This document shows positions 30,156-40,576 of a DNA stretch of 64,000 nt, one piece after another. The stretch comes from Acidimicrobiia bacterium (GTDB taxonomy: Bacteria > Actinomycetota > Acidimicrobiia > Spongiisociales > ZC4RG35): contig CBDBCY010000004.1 in the NCBI GenBank assembly GCA_965203555.1, forward strand, positions 736,001 through 800,000, given 5' to 3'. The notes under the pieces were generated by a model, which ran no database searches, was not told the DNA's origin, and was given only the letters and a program-made list of their open reading frames with translations. The first letter of the stretch is position 1; each line of letters opens with the position of its first letter. The translations under genes were made by a program, and so were the position numbers.

Positions 30156-31808
30156 GTGAGTTCTTCACGTCACATACTGGTCGCGGTGGCGTGGCCCTAT
30201 GCGGCAGGTTCCCGCCACCTGGGACACTTGGCCGGCGCCTACCTGCCTGCCGACGTCTTCGCCCGTTACCACCGCACATCCGGCAACCGGGTCTTGATGG
30301 TGTCGGGCAGCGACGTTCACGGGACCCCCATCACCGTGCTGGCCGACCGGGAAGGGGTGGCGCCGCAGGCGATCGTCGACCGTTACCATGCCGAATTCCT
30401 CACCGACTGGGAGAAGTTGGGTATCTCCTGGGACCTCTACACCTCCACCGGAACACCCAATCACTATGCGGTAACCCAGGACGTTTTCTCCCGTCTGCTG
30501 CAAAAGGGCTACATCACCGAGGGAGTCTCCACCCAGTTGTTCGACCCGAATGCGGATCGGTTTCTCCCCGATCGGTATGTAGAGGGCACCTGCCCGATCT
30601 GTGGCTACCAGGATGCCCGGGGAGATCAGTGCGACGACTGTGGAAGGACGCTCGACGCCATTGAACTGATCGAACCTCGCAGCAAGATGTCAGACGCCAC
30701 GCCGGTCGCCCGGGAAACCAAGCACTACTTCCTCCGGTTGGACGCCTTCCAGCATCGCTTGTCCGAGTGGCTGTCGACTCGGCAGGGATGGCGACGCCAT
30801 GTGAAGAACTGGGCGATGGGGATGGTCAACGAGGGACTTCCCCAACGCGCCATTACGCGGGATCTGGTCTGGGGAGTGCCGATTCCTCCTCCCGCCGACC
30901 ATTTGGGTGACGGAAAACGCATTTACGTTTGGTTCGACGCGGTGATCGGATACCTGTCAGCCGCCAAGGAGTGGGCGCAGATCCAGGGTACGCCCGAGGA
31001 GTGGAGGCGCTGGTGGGAGGACCCGGAGGCCGAGTCGTACTATTTCATCGGGAAGGACAACATTCCCTTTCATGCAGTGATCTGGCCGGCCATGTTGATG
31101 GGCTACGGCGGCCTCAACCTGCCCACCGACGTTCCCGCCAACCAGTACGTGACCTTCCGCCGGGAGAAGGCCTCCAGCAGCCGGGGAATAGGTCGTTCCG
31201 TAGGATGGTACGCAGACCGCCTGCAAGCCGACGCCCTCCGTTACGCACTGGGATCGGCGCTACCGGAACAGAACGACACCGACTTCTCCGATTCCGAACT
31301 CATCCGGCGCGTGAACGACGAACTGGTGGCGACCTGGGGCAACCTGGTGCACCGGGTACTGTCCATGGCCCACGGTTGGTATGGGGGCAGAATGCCCGTG
31401 TGCGGGGCCGCCACCGGAGACGACAGGGCGCTTGTGGAGGAGATCGACGACAGGTTGGCAAAGGGGGGCCGGATGCTGGAGCAGGTCGAACTGCGAGCCG
31501 GCTTGCGCCAGGCCATGGAAGGCGCCCAAACCGTCAACGTGTACCTCAACGCCCAGGCGCCGTGGTTGTTACGGCGTGAGGACCCGGTGCGGGCGGAGAC
31601 GGTGCTTCACACCGCCCTGTCAGCCGTCAACGGCCTGAAAGTCGGGTTCTCCCCCTACTTGCCGTTCTCCTCGGAAAAGCTCCACTCCATGCTCGGACAG
31701 CCGGGATCGGTGACGGACGGGGGCTGGAAACGATCGGTCCTTGCCGAAACCACGCTGGAAGCGCCCCGACCGCTCTTTGCCAAGCTGGAGGAAGGTCTCC
31801 TCGACTAG
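30156..31808 (+). CDS. metG: Methionine--tRNA ligase
   Basis: AWPYA..HLGH, GSDVHG, zinc knuckle CPIC...CDDC, YVWFDA, GKDNIPFH; start either 30144 or 30156. Confidence 0.96.
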   Translation: MSSSRHILVAVAWPYAAGSRHLGHLAGAYLPADVFARYHRTSGNRVLMVSGSDVHGTPITVLADREGVAPQAIVDRYHAEFLTDWEKLGISWDLYTSTGTPNHYAVTQDVFSRLLQKGYITEGVSTQLFDPNADRFLPDRYVEGTCPICGYQDARGDQCDDCGRTLDAIELIEPRSKMSDATPVARETKHYFLRLDAFQHRLSEWLSTRQGWRRHVKNWAMGMVNEGLPQRAITRDLVWGVPIPPPADHLGDGKRIYVWFDAVIGYLSAAKEWAQIQGTPEEWRRWWEDPEAESYYFIGKDNIPFHAVIWPAMLMGYGGLNLPTDVPANQYVTFRREKASSSRGIGRSVGWYADRLQADALRYALGSALPEQNDTDFSDSELIRRVNDELVATWGNLVHRVLSMAHGWYGGRMPVCGAATGDDRALVEEIDDRLAKGGRMLEQVELRAGLRQAMEGAQTVNVYLNAQAPWLLRREDPVRAETVLHTALSAVNGLKVGFSPYLPFSSEKLHSMLGQPGSVTDGGWKRSVLAETTLEAPRPLFAKLEEGLLD

Positions 31809-31826
31809 ATAGAGCGGCTCAGCGGG

Positions 31827-32249
31827 CTATGAAGGGGGATATACGCCGGCGGCCCTGGATTCGTCGGTCTGCCAGAAGATGTCGGATATTTCTCCGATCA
31901 AGTCCACCAGTCCTTGGGAGACGGCGGGATCCATCGACTTCTTGGCGTCGCCGGCCGCTTTCACCGCCCGCCAGAACAGATCATGCAACTGCGGGAACCG
32001 TTCGACATGATGGGGCTTGAAAAAGTCGGACCACAGCACCGAGAGATGGTGCTTGACCAGCTCGGCCTGTTGCTCCTTGATGCTTACGCACCGACTCCGG
32101 AAAACCGGGTCATCGGAATCGGCATACTTGGTGCAGGCGTTGAGCACCGAGCGAGCCTCGATCATGGCTTGGGCCGGGTCGTAGACTCCGCAAAAGAGAT
32201 CGCAATGGGCATGAGCGATGGTTGCCGGCCGGAAAAAGGCCATTGTCAT
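31827..32249 (-). CDS. sodN: Nickel superoxide dismutase precursor
   Basis: AHA|HCDLFCGVYDPAQA Ni-hook, VKHHLSVLWSDFFK, IFWQT. Confidence 0.93.
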   Translation of the reverse strand: MTMAFFRPATIAHAHCDLFCGVYDPAQAMIEARSVLNACTKYADSDDPVFRSRCVSIKEQQAELVKHHLSVLWSDFFKPHHVERFPQLHDLFWRAVKAAGDAKKSMDPAVSQGLVDLIGEISDIFWQTDESRAAGVYPPS

Positions 32250-32295
32250 CTCCTCTCTGGGAAAACAAATCCTATTCTCGCCAGAATAGCGAAGT

Positions 32296-32733
32296 ATGAG
32301 TAGGTTAGGAATCCGATCGTTCAGGGTTTCCGGCTCTTCGATGACCCCCGCTCTTCACGAGGGAGACCGGTTCGTCGGCTGGCGGGCCGGCAGCGGAAAG
32401 GCTCCCCGGCGCGGCGCGATCGTTGCCTTTCCCCACCCCTTGCGGTCGGGCTTCTGGCTGGTCAAACGGGTGGTGGGGTTGGGTGGCGAGGCGATTAGCA
32501 TCAACGTGGGAGAAGTGTTGATTGACGGGCAGGCCGGGCTTGACCTATGGGGCAGCGGCTGGTCGGCCCCGGACGGAGAATGGACGGTACCTGCAGGTAG
32601 GGTTTTCGTGCTCTCCGACCAGAGGCACCTGACCCGGGACGACTCTCGAGGCTTCGGGCCGGTCGGGACCGCCGGCCTTTACCGAATGGTCTTCCCTCCT
32701 CGCAGCCGCAAACCCCTCACCCCGGCCACTTGA
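32296..32733 (+). CDS. sodX: S26 peptidase, NiSOD maturation protease
   Basis: VSGSSMTP, LVKRV, DDSRGFGPV; divergent from sodN. Confidence 0.8.
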   Translation: MSRLGIRSFRVSGSSMTPALHEGDRFVGWRAGSGKAPRRGAIVAFPHPLRSGFWLVKRVVGLGGEAISINVGEVLIDGQAGLDLWGSGWSAPDGEWTVPAGRVFVLSDQRHLTRDDSRGFGPVGTAGLYRMVFPPRSRKPLTPAT

Positions 32734-32754
32734 CTGCCCACAGGACCCTTTGAA

Positions 32755-33594
32755 ATGCGCCCATCGAACCGGCCGACCAACCAAATACAGAAATGGCAGA
32801 GAAGAGTGCTGGTTGCTTTGGGCACTGCGGTGGTAGTGACGGCCGCCCTAGCGGTGGGACTGGTAATTCGAAACGCCCTCGGCAGTTCGGGGCTGACCGG
32901 CCGGCAGGTTACGTCCGAGACGGTCACCTCCACCGCCCCGGCCACGACCGCCCTCGCAACAACCACTTTTCCCACGACTGCCGACAACCAAACGGCGCCC
33001 ACCGCTTCCACCGCCGAGCCCGGGGCATCCGTCCCCACCCTGCCCCCTCCCCCCGCCACCTTCGTGGAGGAGACCATCTCGGCCTCTGACCTCCGCATCC
33101 AACCCGAGGGTCTGGGACCCCTCCCCTTCGGAACGGACGCTACGAGAAGCGTGAGCATTCTTACCGATGCGCTCGGAGCGCCGGACCTGGACTCAGGATG
33201 GTTGCCGGCCGGGGTCGATCAACTTCAATGCCCGGGCACCAGAGCCAGAAGGGTCATTTGGGGCAGTCTGATCGTGTTTCTCTCAGACGGACCCACCGAC
33301 TGGGGCGCAGACGGATACGAACACTTCTTTTCCTTCGTCTATTCGCTGCCCGAAGGCGCCTCGGAACCGGATGGGCCTTCCCTGAGAACTTCGGAAGGCT
33401 TGCGACTGGGAGCGACTGCGGCGCGGGCGTCTTCCGTCTACGGTGAGTCGTCCATCACTCGCGACCACCCCACCGAGGGGACGTTTTTGGAGGTGGACGT
33501 CCCGGGGCCGGGTTACCTGCGAGGAGTATTCGCCGGACCGGGAGAGGAGGATCTGCTCACGTCCCTTCGCGGTGGCAACGGGTGCCGATCGTGA
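32755..33594 (+). CDS. Membrane-anchored hypothetical protein with Thr-rich linker
   Basis: N-terminal TM segment, T/P-rich linker, GLGPLPFG and RTSEGLRLG segments. Confidence 0.7.
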   Translation: MRPSNRPTNQIQKWQRRVLVALGTAVVVTAALAVGLVIRNALGSSGLTGRQVTSETVTSTAPATTALATTTFPTTADNQTAPTASTAEPGASVPTLPPPPATFVEETISASDLRIQPEGLGPLPFGTDATRSVSILTDALGAPDLDSGWLPAGVDQLQCPGTRARRVIWGSLIVFLSDGPTDWGADGYEHFFSFVYSLPEGASEPDGPSLRTSEGLRLGATAARASSVYGESSITRDHPTEGTFLEVDVPGPGYLRGVFAGPGEEDLLTSLRGGNGCRS

Positions 33595-33636
33595 AAGGCC
33601 AGGCCCGAGTCACCTTCAGCCATAACATCTCTATAC

Positions 33637-34875
33637 ATGCGAAAACTTCTGACGCTGGCTGTCTTGATAACGCTGGCGGCCGCCTGCGGTGGAGACTCTT
33701 CGGAGAGTCCTGATCAGCAACCCACTTCCACGGTGGCCCCTGACACCACCCCGTCGTCCACCAGCACCTCAGCCGCTCCTCCCGATACAGTCGAGGCGCC
33801 CGACACCACGGCGGCCAACCCCGAGAACGGCCCCTCCGGCACTATGGCGCCGGACAGCGCCACCACCATCCCCGAGGACAGAGCCACCGGCGCCCCGACT
33901 ACCACCACCGGCGGCACGTCGACCACGACCACCACAACCACGACCACCACAACCACGACTACTCCCGAGCCGTTCCTTCCACCCAGCCCGCTGACCGGTC
34001 TGGGAGTGGAAGACCCCGATTTGCTGAATCGCCGCACCATGGCGGTCAAGGTGGACAATCACTGGGATGCGCGTCCCCAGGCAGGAATAGGAGAGGCGGA
34101 GGCAGTTTTCGAACTCCTGGTCGAATCGGGCATCACTCGCTTCATAGCGTTCTTCCACACGGTGGACTCTGTGGCGGTGGGTCCGGTCCGTTCGGTTCGG
34201 CCCACCGATCCCCATCTGCTCAGGCATTTCAATGCCACCCTGCTCACCAGCGGGGGGCAGGGTTGGATACTCAGATCCTTCCCGCGAAACGGAGTCGGGG
34301 TGATCGGTGAAATCGGCGTGGGAGGATACCGCGACGACTCCCGCCAAGCGCCTCACAACTACTTCGTCAACACCGCGGAACTTCGTCCGGTGGCCGACCA
34401 GAGACTCTACCCCAACACGGCGCCTCCCCCTCTTTTCGAATTCGGGGAGTTGCCATCCGACGCCATTCTGGGGGCCGTAACCCGCGTCGACATGGAATGG
34501 GCACCCACCAACCCGATAAGTTGGCGCTGGAACGGCATGAAATGGGAACGTCACCTGGACGACGGCCCGCACTTCTGGACATCCCCCGAAGGCGTCACTC
34601 AGGTCTTGAACGCCGACACCCTGGTGGTCCTGTTCTCCGGGCTGTTCTATACCCGCCCTCCCGAGGGAGGGGGATATGCCCTGCCCACCATGGAGACCAC
34701 CGGAGAGGGACGGGCGCTGGTCTTCGCCCAGGGCCAGGTAGTGGAAGGCCGGTGGGAGCGGGCCGCTACCACCGAACCGTTCGTTCTGTCCCTGGCGGAC
34801 GGGTCCCCCTTGACGGTTCCTCCCGGACGGCCCTGGATCAGTCTCTTCCCCGAAGGTCGCCCGCTTACCTGGTAG
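33637..34875 (+). CDS. DUF3048 family lipoprotein
   Basis: Lipobox AAAC, poly-Thr, SPLTG, AVKVDN, ARPQAG, VGPVRSVRPTD, APHN. Confidence 0.88.
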   Translation: MRKLLTLAVLITLAAACGGDSSESPDQQPTSTVAPDTTPSSTSTSAAPPDTVEAPDTTAANPENGPSGTMAPDSATTIPEDRATGAPTTTTGGTSTTTTTTTTTTTTTTPEPFLPPSPLTGLGVEDPDLLNRRTMAVKVDNHWDARPQAGIGEAEAVFELLVESGITRFIAFFHTVDSVAVGPVRSVRPTDPHLLRHFNATLLTSGGQGWILRSFPRNGVGVIGEIGVGGYRDDSRQAPHNYFVNTAELRPVADQRLYPNTAPPPLFEFGELPSDAILGAVTRVDMEWAPTNPISWRWNGMKWERHLDDGPHFWTSPEGVTQVLNADTLVVLFSGLFYTRPPEGGGYALPTMETTGEGRALVFAQGQVVEGRWERAATTEPFVLSLADGSPLTVPPGRPWISLFPEGRPLTW

Positions 34876-34878
34876 AAC

Positions 34879-36303
34879 ATGAGAACCCTTCGGACCGCGG
34901 CAGAGATCGCCAACCAGGTCAGGTGCGGAGAACTCTCCGCCTCAGAGGTCACCCTCAGCGCCCTGGGGGCCTTGGAAGATCGTCAACCCGACCTCAATCT
35001 CACCACCTATATCGACGAGCAGGCCCTGGTGAGGGCGCGGGAGACCGATGCCAGGGTGACGGCGGGAGAAGACCCCGGCCCGCTGTGCGGAGTGCCGATC
35101 GTTCTCAAGGACCTGGTGAACCAGGCCGGTGTGCCCAACACCTGCGGTTCGGCGTTCTATCGGATCGTGCCCCAGAAATCCGCTCCGGTCGTGCAACGTT
35201 TAGAGAATGCCGGCGCCGTGGTGGTGGCCAGGGCGGGGCTTCACGAGTTTGCATTCGGGTTTTCCTCGGAGAACCAGTGGTTCGGACCGGTGCGCAATCC
35301 CCATGACCCCACCACCTCCCCGGGAGGATCCTCCGGCGGTTCGGCCGCGGCGGTGGCGGCTGGGCTGGCGCCGATCTCCATCGGCACCGATACGGGAGGA
35401 TCCATCAGGGTGCCGGCGGCCATGTGCGGTATTTTCGGGCTGAAGGTAACTCACGGGCGGGTTCCCCTCACCGGGGTCTTTCCACTGGGACCCTCCCTCG
35501 ACACCGTGGGACCTTTTGCGACGAACGCCGCAGATCTCGCTCTCGCCTACGCCACCATGGCCGGCTGGCATCCGCAGGACCATTGGTCTTCAACCCGAGC
35601 CGCCCACACCGACCTCCCGACCCCCGTATCTGCGGAGAGCATGAGAGTGGGTCTGCCCAACCAATGGCTGGCGGGGGCGCCCTACCAGGATGGGGTTGAA
35701 GAACGGTTTCATGTCGTTGTGGAACGTCTTGAGGGTCTTGGATTCAGGGTGGAGGAGTTCGATGACCCGGTCATCTCCCCTCCGGGCCGGATAAACGACA
35801 TCTTGTATCCCCAGGTAGCGGCGGTGCACAGGGTTTGGTGGGAAGCCGGGAAGCCGTATGGCGCCGAGGTGGCGGACCGGATCCGCGAATGCCTTGAGAT
35901 CGGGGGCAGGTACCCCGCCGAGTCCCTCCTGGGCGCCCAGGCATGGCAATCCCTCCTCCGTAACCGCCTGGCAGCCGCCTTCCAACAGTTCGACCTGCTT
36001 GCCATCCCCACCTCCGGCGGTTTGCGCAAGGTGATCGGCGAGCAGGAAATGGACACCAATCAGGGAAGGCTTCTGTACCGGCTGGTGCTGTCCTGGTTCA
36101 CCTCTCTGGTCAACACCTCCGGCTGTCCGGCCATCAGCATTCCGGTCCCCGAATCCCACCAGACCACCGGCGTCCCTTTCTCTCTGCAACTGGTTGCCCC
36201 GTGGTGGAGCGAAGACCTGTTGCTCAGGACGGCCGCCACCTTGGAAAGAGAAGGCCTTGCCCGGTCGATCCTGGCTGCCGCCATTCCAAAACCCACACAG
36301 TAA
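34879..36303 (+). CDS. Amidase signature family protein
   Basis: GVPIVLKD, GGSSGGSAAAVAAG, GTDTGGSIRVPA. Confidence 0.92.
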   Translation: MRTLRTAAEIANQVRCGELSASEVTLSALGALEDRQPDLNLTTYIDEQALVRARETDARVTAGEDPGPLCGVPIVLKDLVNQAGVPNTCGSAFYRIVPQKSAPVVQRLENAGAVVVARAGLHEFAFGFSSENQWFGPVRNPHDPTTSPGGSSGGSAAAVAAGLAPISIGTDTGGSIRVPAAMCGIFGLKVTHGRVPLTGVFPLGPSLDTVGPFATNAADLALAYATMAGWHPQDHWSSTRAAHTDLPTPVSAESMRVGLPNQWLAGAPYQDGVEERFHVVVERLEGLGFRVEEFDDPVISPPGRINDILYPQVAAVHRVWWEAGKPYGAEVADRIRECLEIGGRYPAESLLGAQAWQSLLRNRLAAAFQQFDLLAIPTSGGLRKVIGEQEMDTNQGRLLYRLVLSWFTSLVNTSGCPAISIPVPESHQTTGVPFSLQLVAPWWSEDLLLRTAATLEREGLARSILAAAIPKPTQ

Positions 36304-36377
36304 GGGTTTTAACACTTTGAAAAACGCGCGCTTGGGCTATTATTGGTCACCTACCAGATAGCTTTGATTACTCAACT

Positions 36378-38267
36378 GTGACATCTCCGCCCACTCGTAC
36401 CCAAAAGGATGGTGCTGGCGCGTCCCCAAATGGCGACGTCGCCGTTTTACAGCAAGTCACAGTACGCTTCGCTGGTGACTCCGGAGACGGCATGCAACTG
36501 GCCGGAAACCGGTTTGCCGACACCTCCGCTGCATTCGGCAACGACCTGTATACCCTGCCCAGTTTCCCGGCCGAGATACGGGCGCCGGCCGGAACCCTGC
36601 CCGGGGTCTCTTCATACCAGATCCAGATAGCGGACTGGGATATCTCCACGTCCGGCGATCGCCCCGACTGCATGGTGGCCATGAATCCGGCGGCTTTGAA
36701 GTCCAACATCGCTGATCTCCGCCAGGGCGGAACCCTGATAGTGAACAACGAGGCATTCGACGAGCGGGGTCTGGCAAAGGCCGGCTATGACGACAATCCC
36801 CTGATAGACGGCAGCCTCAATCACTACGACATGATCCAGATACCCATGAACACCATCACCAAGGAAGCGGTGGCGGACAAGGTGACCGGACGGTCGGTAC
36901 TACGATCACGCAACTTTGTGGCGCTGGGCTTTCTGGCCTGGCTGTTCCAGCGTCCACTCAAACCCATCGAGAAGTGGACAACCACCAAGTTTGCCCGTAT
37001 CCCCAACGTGGCGGAGGCCAACCTGGCCGCCTTGAAAGCCGGATACAACTTCGGGCTGACTACCGAGGCATCGCGCACCATCTTCATGGTGAAGCCCGCC
37101 GCCCTCCCGGTAGGCACATACACCAATCTCACCGGAAACACTGCCCTGGCCTGGGGGTTGATAGCCGCCTCCTATTGCGCCAAACTGCCTCTCTTCTACG
37201 GTTCCTACCCCATAACTCCCGCCTCCGACATCCTTCACGAACTCTCCCGTCACAAGCGGCTGGGAGTTCGAACCTTTCAGGCCGAGGATGAAATTTCGGC
37301 GGTGGGAGCGGCCATCGGAGCGTCGTTCGGCGGCAGCCTGGCCGTAACGGGATCATCGGGGCCGGGGATCGCATTGAAGAGCGAAGCGATCAGTCTGGCG
37401 CTGACTGCGGAACTGCCGCTGCTGGTGGTCAATGTTCAAAGGGCCGGCCCCTCCACCGGCATGCCCACCAAACCGGAGCAAACCGATTTGCTCTTCTCCC
37501 TGTTCGGTCGCCACGGGGAGTCCCCCATCCCGGTTATCGCCTGTTCCACCCCCTCGGACGTGGTCGAGACCACCATCGAGGCGGCCCGCTTGGCGCTTCG
37601 GTACATGACTCCGGTGATCCTCTTGTCCGACAACCACATCGCCAACGGTTCCGAGCCATGGAGAATCCCCAACGCCGACAGTCTGCCCGACATCAGCGTT
37701 CCCTTCGCCTCGGCGCCCAACGGGGCCAACGGTCAGTTCCTGCCCTACCTACGCGATTTCAACACCTTCTCCCGCCCCTGGGCCATTCCGGGCACCAAGG
37801 GCCTGGAACATCGGATCGGGGGATTGGAGAAGGAGAACATCAGCGGCAACATCTCCTACAACCCTGACAATCACCAGTTGATGACCGATTCCCGGGCGTG
37901 GAAGGTGGCGAACATCGCCAACGACATCCCGGCGGTGGAAGTCCATGGCGAACCGGACGCCGAACTGTTGGTTCTCAGTTGGGGATCCAGCAAGGGCACG
38001 GTTGGCGCCGCCTGTCGCAACCTGAACCGGGAGGGTTACAAGATCGCCTACGTACACCTGCGCTACCTGAATCCTCTCCCCGCCAATCTGGGAGAGGTGA
38101 TTCACTCCTACCCCAAACTCATGATCCCCGAACTCAACACGGGGCAGTTGCGTTACATAATCCGCGCCAACTACCTCAAAGACGCGGTGAGCCTCAACAA
38201 GGTAGCCGGCACTCCCTTCTACATCGGCGAAATCAGAGACAAGATCCTGGAGATATTCGAGTCATGA
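36378..38267 (+). CDS. korA: 2-oxoacid:ferredoxin oxidoreductase alpha subunit
   Basis: RFAGDSGDGMQL, YPITPAS, QAEDEI, QRAGPSTGMPTK. Confidence 0.95.
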   Translation: MTSPPTRTQKDGAGASPNGDVAVLQQVTVRFAGDSGDGMQLAGNRFADTSAAFGNDLYTLPSFPAEIRAPAGTLPGVSSYQIQIADWDISTSGDRPDCMVAMNPAALKSNIADLRQGGTLIVNNEAFDERGLAKAGYDDNPLIDGSLNHYDMIQIPMNTITKEAVADKVTGRSVLRSRNFVALGFLAWLFQRPLKPIEKWTTTKFARIPNVAEANLAALKAGYNFGLTTEASRTIFMVKPAALPVGTYTNLTGNTALAWGLIAASYCAKLPLFYGSYPITPASDILHELSRHKRLGVRTFQAEDEISAVGAAIGASFGGSLAVTGSSGPGIALKSEAISLALTAELPLLVVNVQRAGPSTGMPTKPEQTDLLFSLFGRHGESPIPVIACSTPSDVVETTIEAARLALRYMTPVILLSDNHIANGSEPWRIPNADSLPDISVPFASAPNGANGQFLPYLRDFNTFSRPWAIPGTKGLEHRIGGLEKENISGNISYNPDNHQLMTDSRAWKVANIANDIPAVEVHGEPDAELLVLSWGSSKGTVGAACRNLNREGYKIAYVHLRYLNPLPANLGEVIHSYPKLMIPELNTGQLRYIIRANYLKDAVSLNKVAGTPFYIGEIRDKILEIFES

Positions 38268-39271
38268 GCAACGTGACCTACAGCCGTACCGACTTTCAAA
38301 GCGACCAGGAGGTCAGGTGGTGCCCCGGATGCGGCGACTACACCATTTTGGCCTCGGTCCAGACTTTCATGGCCCAGATGGGCGTTCCCCGCGAGAACAT
38401 CGTGGTTGTCTCGGGCATCGGCTGCGCCGCCCGCTTCCCCTATTACATGAAGACCTACGGTTTTCACACCATTCACGGACGGGCGCCGGCCATTGCAACC
38501 GGCCTCGCCGCCTCCCGTCCCGATCTGTCCATCTGGGTGGTGACCGGAGACGGCGACGCCCTTTCCATCGGAGGAAACCATCTGATCCATGGCCTCCGCC
38601 GCAACGTCAACATGAAAATTCTCCTCTTCAACAACCAGATCTACGGGCTGACCAAGGGACAGTACTCGCCCACCTCCGAGGTCGGAAAGCGCACCAAGTC
38701 CACCCCTTTCGGATCGATTGACTATCCGTTCAACCCGGTCAGCCTGGCTTTGGGCGCCGAGGCGACGTTCGTGGCCAGGACCATCGACATGGACCGCAAT
38801 CACACCCAGCAAATCCTGGGAGAGGCGGTCAACCACAAAGGATCGGTTTTCATAGAGATCTATCAGAACTGCAATGTCTTCAACGACAAGGCATTCATCC
38901 AGTTGACCGGTAAAACCGAACGGGTTGCCAACCGGATCAATCTCCAGGCCGGCAAGCCCGTTGTGTTCGGCAGGTCGGGAGAAAACTGTGTGGTCATCGA
39001 GGATGGCGAAGCCCGGATAAAGCCAACCGCTTCGGTCCCTCGCGACCAGATCCTGGTGCATGATCCGACCAGGGACAATCCCAGTGTGGCTTTCTCCATC
39101 AGCCGATTGGCCCACGGTCCTTTCGGACCCACCCCCCTGGGGATCTTCCGCCAGGTGAGGCGTCCCACCTACGGGGCGGAGATGCAACTACAGATCGTTG
39201 AGTCCCAGGACCGGGGCCCTGCAGACTTGAACGCGCTGTTCAGTTCCGCCGGCACCTGGAAAGTCAGCTGA
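38264..39271 (+). CDS. korB: 2-oxoacid:ferredoxin oxidoreductase beta subunit
   Basis: WCPGCGD, SGIGC, GDGDALSIGGNH, YGLTKGQYSPT; ATGA overlap with korA. Confidence 0.95.
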   Translation: MSNVTYSRTDFQSDQEVRWCPGCGDYTILASVQTFMAQMGVPRENIVVVSGIGCAARFPYYMKTYGFHTIHGRAPAIATGLAASRPDLSIWVVTGDGDALSIGGNHLIHGLRRNVNMKILLFNNQIYGLTKGQYSPTSEVGKRTKSTPFGSIDYPFNPVSLALGAEATFVARTIDMDRNHTQQILGEAVNHKGSVFIEIYQNCNVFNDKAFIQLTGKTERVANRINLQAGKPVVFGRSGENCVVIEDGEARIKPTASVPRDQILVHDPTRDNPSVAFSISRLAHGPFGPTPLGIFRQVRRPTYGAEMQLQIVESQDRGPADLNALFSSAGTWKVS

Positions 39272-39284
39272 GCAGGAGAGGCAC

Positions 39285-39641
39285 ATGCGGATGAACGTAC
39301 TCGGAGGAGAATTGGAACCTTGTTCCATGCAGCCTCTGACCGGTTACTACCGGACAGGATCATGCGAAACCCGGGGCGACGATGTCGGGGTCCATGCGGT
39401 CTGCGCACAGATGACCGAGGAGTTCCTGGAGTTCAGCAAATCACGGGGAAACGACCTGAGCACCCCCATGCCCCTGTACGGATTCGAAGGGCTGCAACCC
39501 GGGGATTGCTGGTGTCTGTGCGCTTCCCGGTGGCAGGAAGCCCTTGAAGCGGGAATGGCGCCGCAGGTGCGACTTGAAGCCACTTCAGTGGCCGCACTGG
39601 AATGGGTCAATCTGAAGGACCTCCGCAAGTACGCCATCTGA
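39285..39641 (+). CDS. DUF2237 family protein
   Basis: NVLGGELEPC, TGYYRTGSC, GNDLSTP, WCLCASRW. Confidence 0.92.
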   Translation: MRMNVLGGELEPCSMQPLTGYYRTGSCETRGDDVGVHAVCAQMTEEFLEFSKSRGNDLSTPMPLYGFEGLQPGDCWCLCASRWQEALEAGMAPQVRLEATSVAALEWVNLKDLRKYAI

Positions 39642-39673
39642 CCGCGGCCTGCATCTTCCCAGCCTCGCAACAA

Positions 39674-39715
39674 AAGGGTGGAGCCGGACCGCTGCGCCGC
39701 GGCCCGGCGGCCCTT
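39674..39715. terminator. Imperfect hairpin between convergent genes
   Basis: AAGGG..GCCGG.CCGC / GCGG.CCGGC..CCCTT arms. Confidence 0.35.
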
Positions 39716-39716
39716 C

Positions 39717-40469
39717 TCAGCGTTTGGAGGCGGCTACGGCTCGGGCGACCGCTTCTCGGATTATCGGATCGGCGAGTCGGGAAAAGGGCAGGGACTGCAC
39801 CCACACCCGTCCCACTCCGCTGATCGTCGCCAAGAAGATCCCTTCTCCGCCGAAAGCCATGGTCTTCAGGCTCCCTGCCCGCTCGATCGAGTACTCCATG
39901 CCTTCCTCGAAGGCCACCAGACATCCCGTGTCCAGGCGGATGGTCTCGCCTGCCAAACGGCGCTCCACCACCATGCCTCCGGCGTTGACGAAGGCAATCC
40001 CGTCACCCTCCAGCCTTTGCAGGATGAAGCCCTCGCCACCGAAGAGCCCACTCCCGAACCTGCGATTGAAGTGCATCGCAACCCTGGTGCCCAGGGCCGC
40101 GCACAGGAAGGCGTCGCGCTGACAGATCACGGGGCGGCCTATCTCCGCCAGATCCAGAGGGATAATCTTGCCCGGCACCGACGCTCCGAAAGCGACTTTG
40201 GCGCGTCCCCAACCCGAGTTGGTGAAGTGAGTCATGAACAGCGACTCCCCGCTGAGGGCCCTGCCGGCCGCGCTGGCCGCCTTACGAAGGAAACCGCCTT
40301 TCTTCTCCGGTTCGGACCCGTCTCCCAATCTGGCCTCGAAAGTTATGCCTTCATCCATGAAGATCATGGCGCCGGCTTCGGCGATCGCTGACTCCTGGGG
40401 ATCAAGGAACACCTCCACGAACTGCAGATCGTCTCCATTGATCTGGTAGTCAATCTCGTGGCTTCGCAT
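39717..40469 (-). CDS. TIGR00266/AIM24 family protein
   Basis: [36 protein letters not shown]. Confidence 0.92.
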   Translation of the reverse strand: MRSHEIDYQINGDDLQFVEVFLDPQESAIAEAGAMIFMDEGITFEARLGDGSEPEKKGGFLRKAASAAGRALSGESLFMTHFTNSGWGRAKVAFGASVPGKIIPLDLAEIGRPVICQRDAFLCAALGTRVAMHFNRRFGSGLFGGEGFILQRLEGDGIAFVNAGGMVVERRLAGETIRLDTGCLVAFEEGMEYSIERAGSLKTMAFGGEGIFLATISGVGRVWVQSLPFSRLADPIIREAVARAVAASKR

Positions 40470-40576
40470 GGTTCTCCTAACAGATAGCTTTCCCGGTAAG
40501 TCTGGCGCGTGCGGTCGGTTTTGCGTGGGCAATAGCCGAGAACAAGGCTTCCGGTTCTTGCTAAGGTCATGGCCAA

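Noticed and set aside
34879-36303. Amidase as gatA
   Set aside because: No gatB or gatC neighbours and only the general amidase signature is present
36310-36345. TTGAAA...TATTAT promoter for korA
   Set aside because: The spacing is 15 nt, so the region is plausible but the elements cannot be assigned confidently
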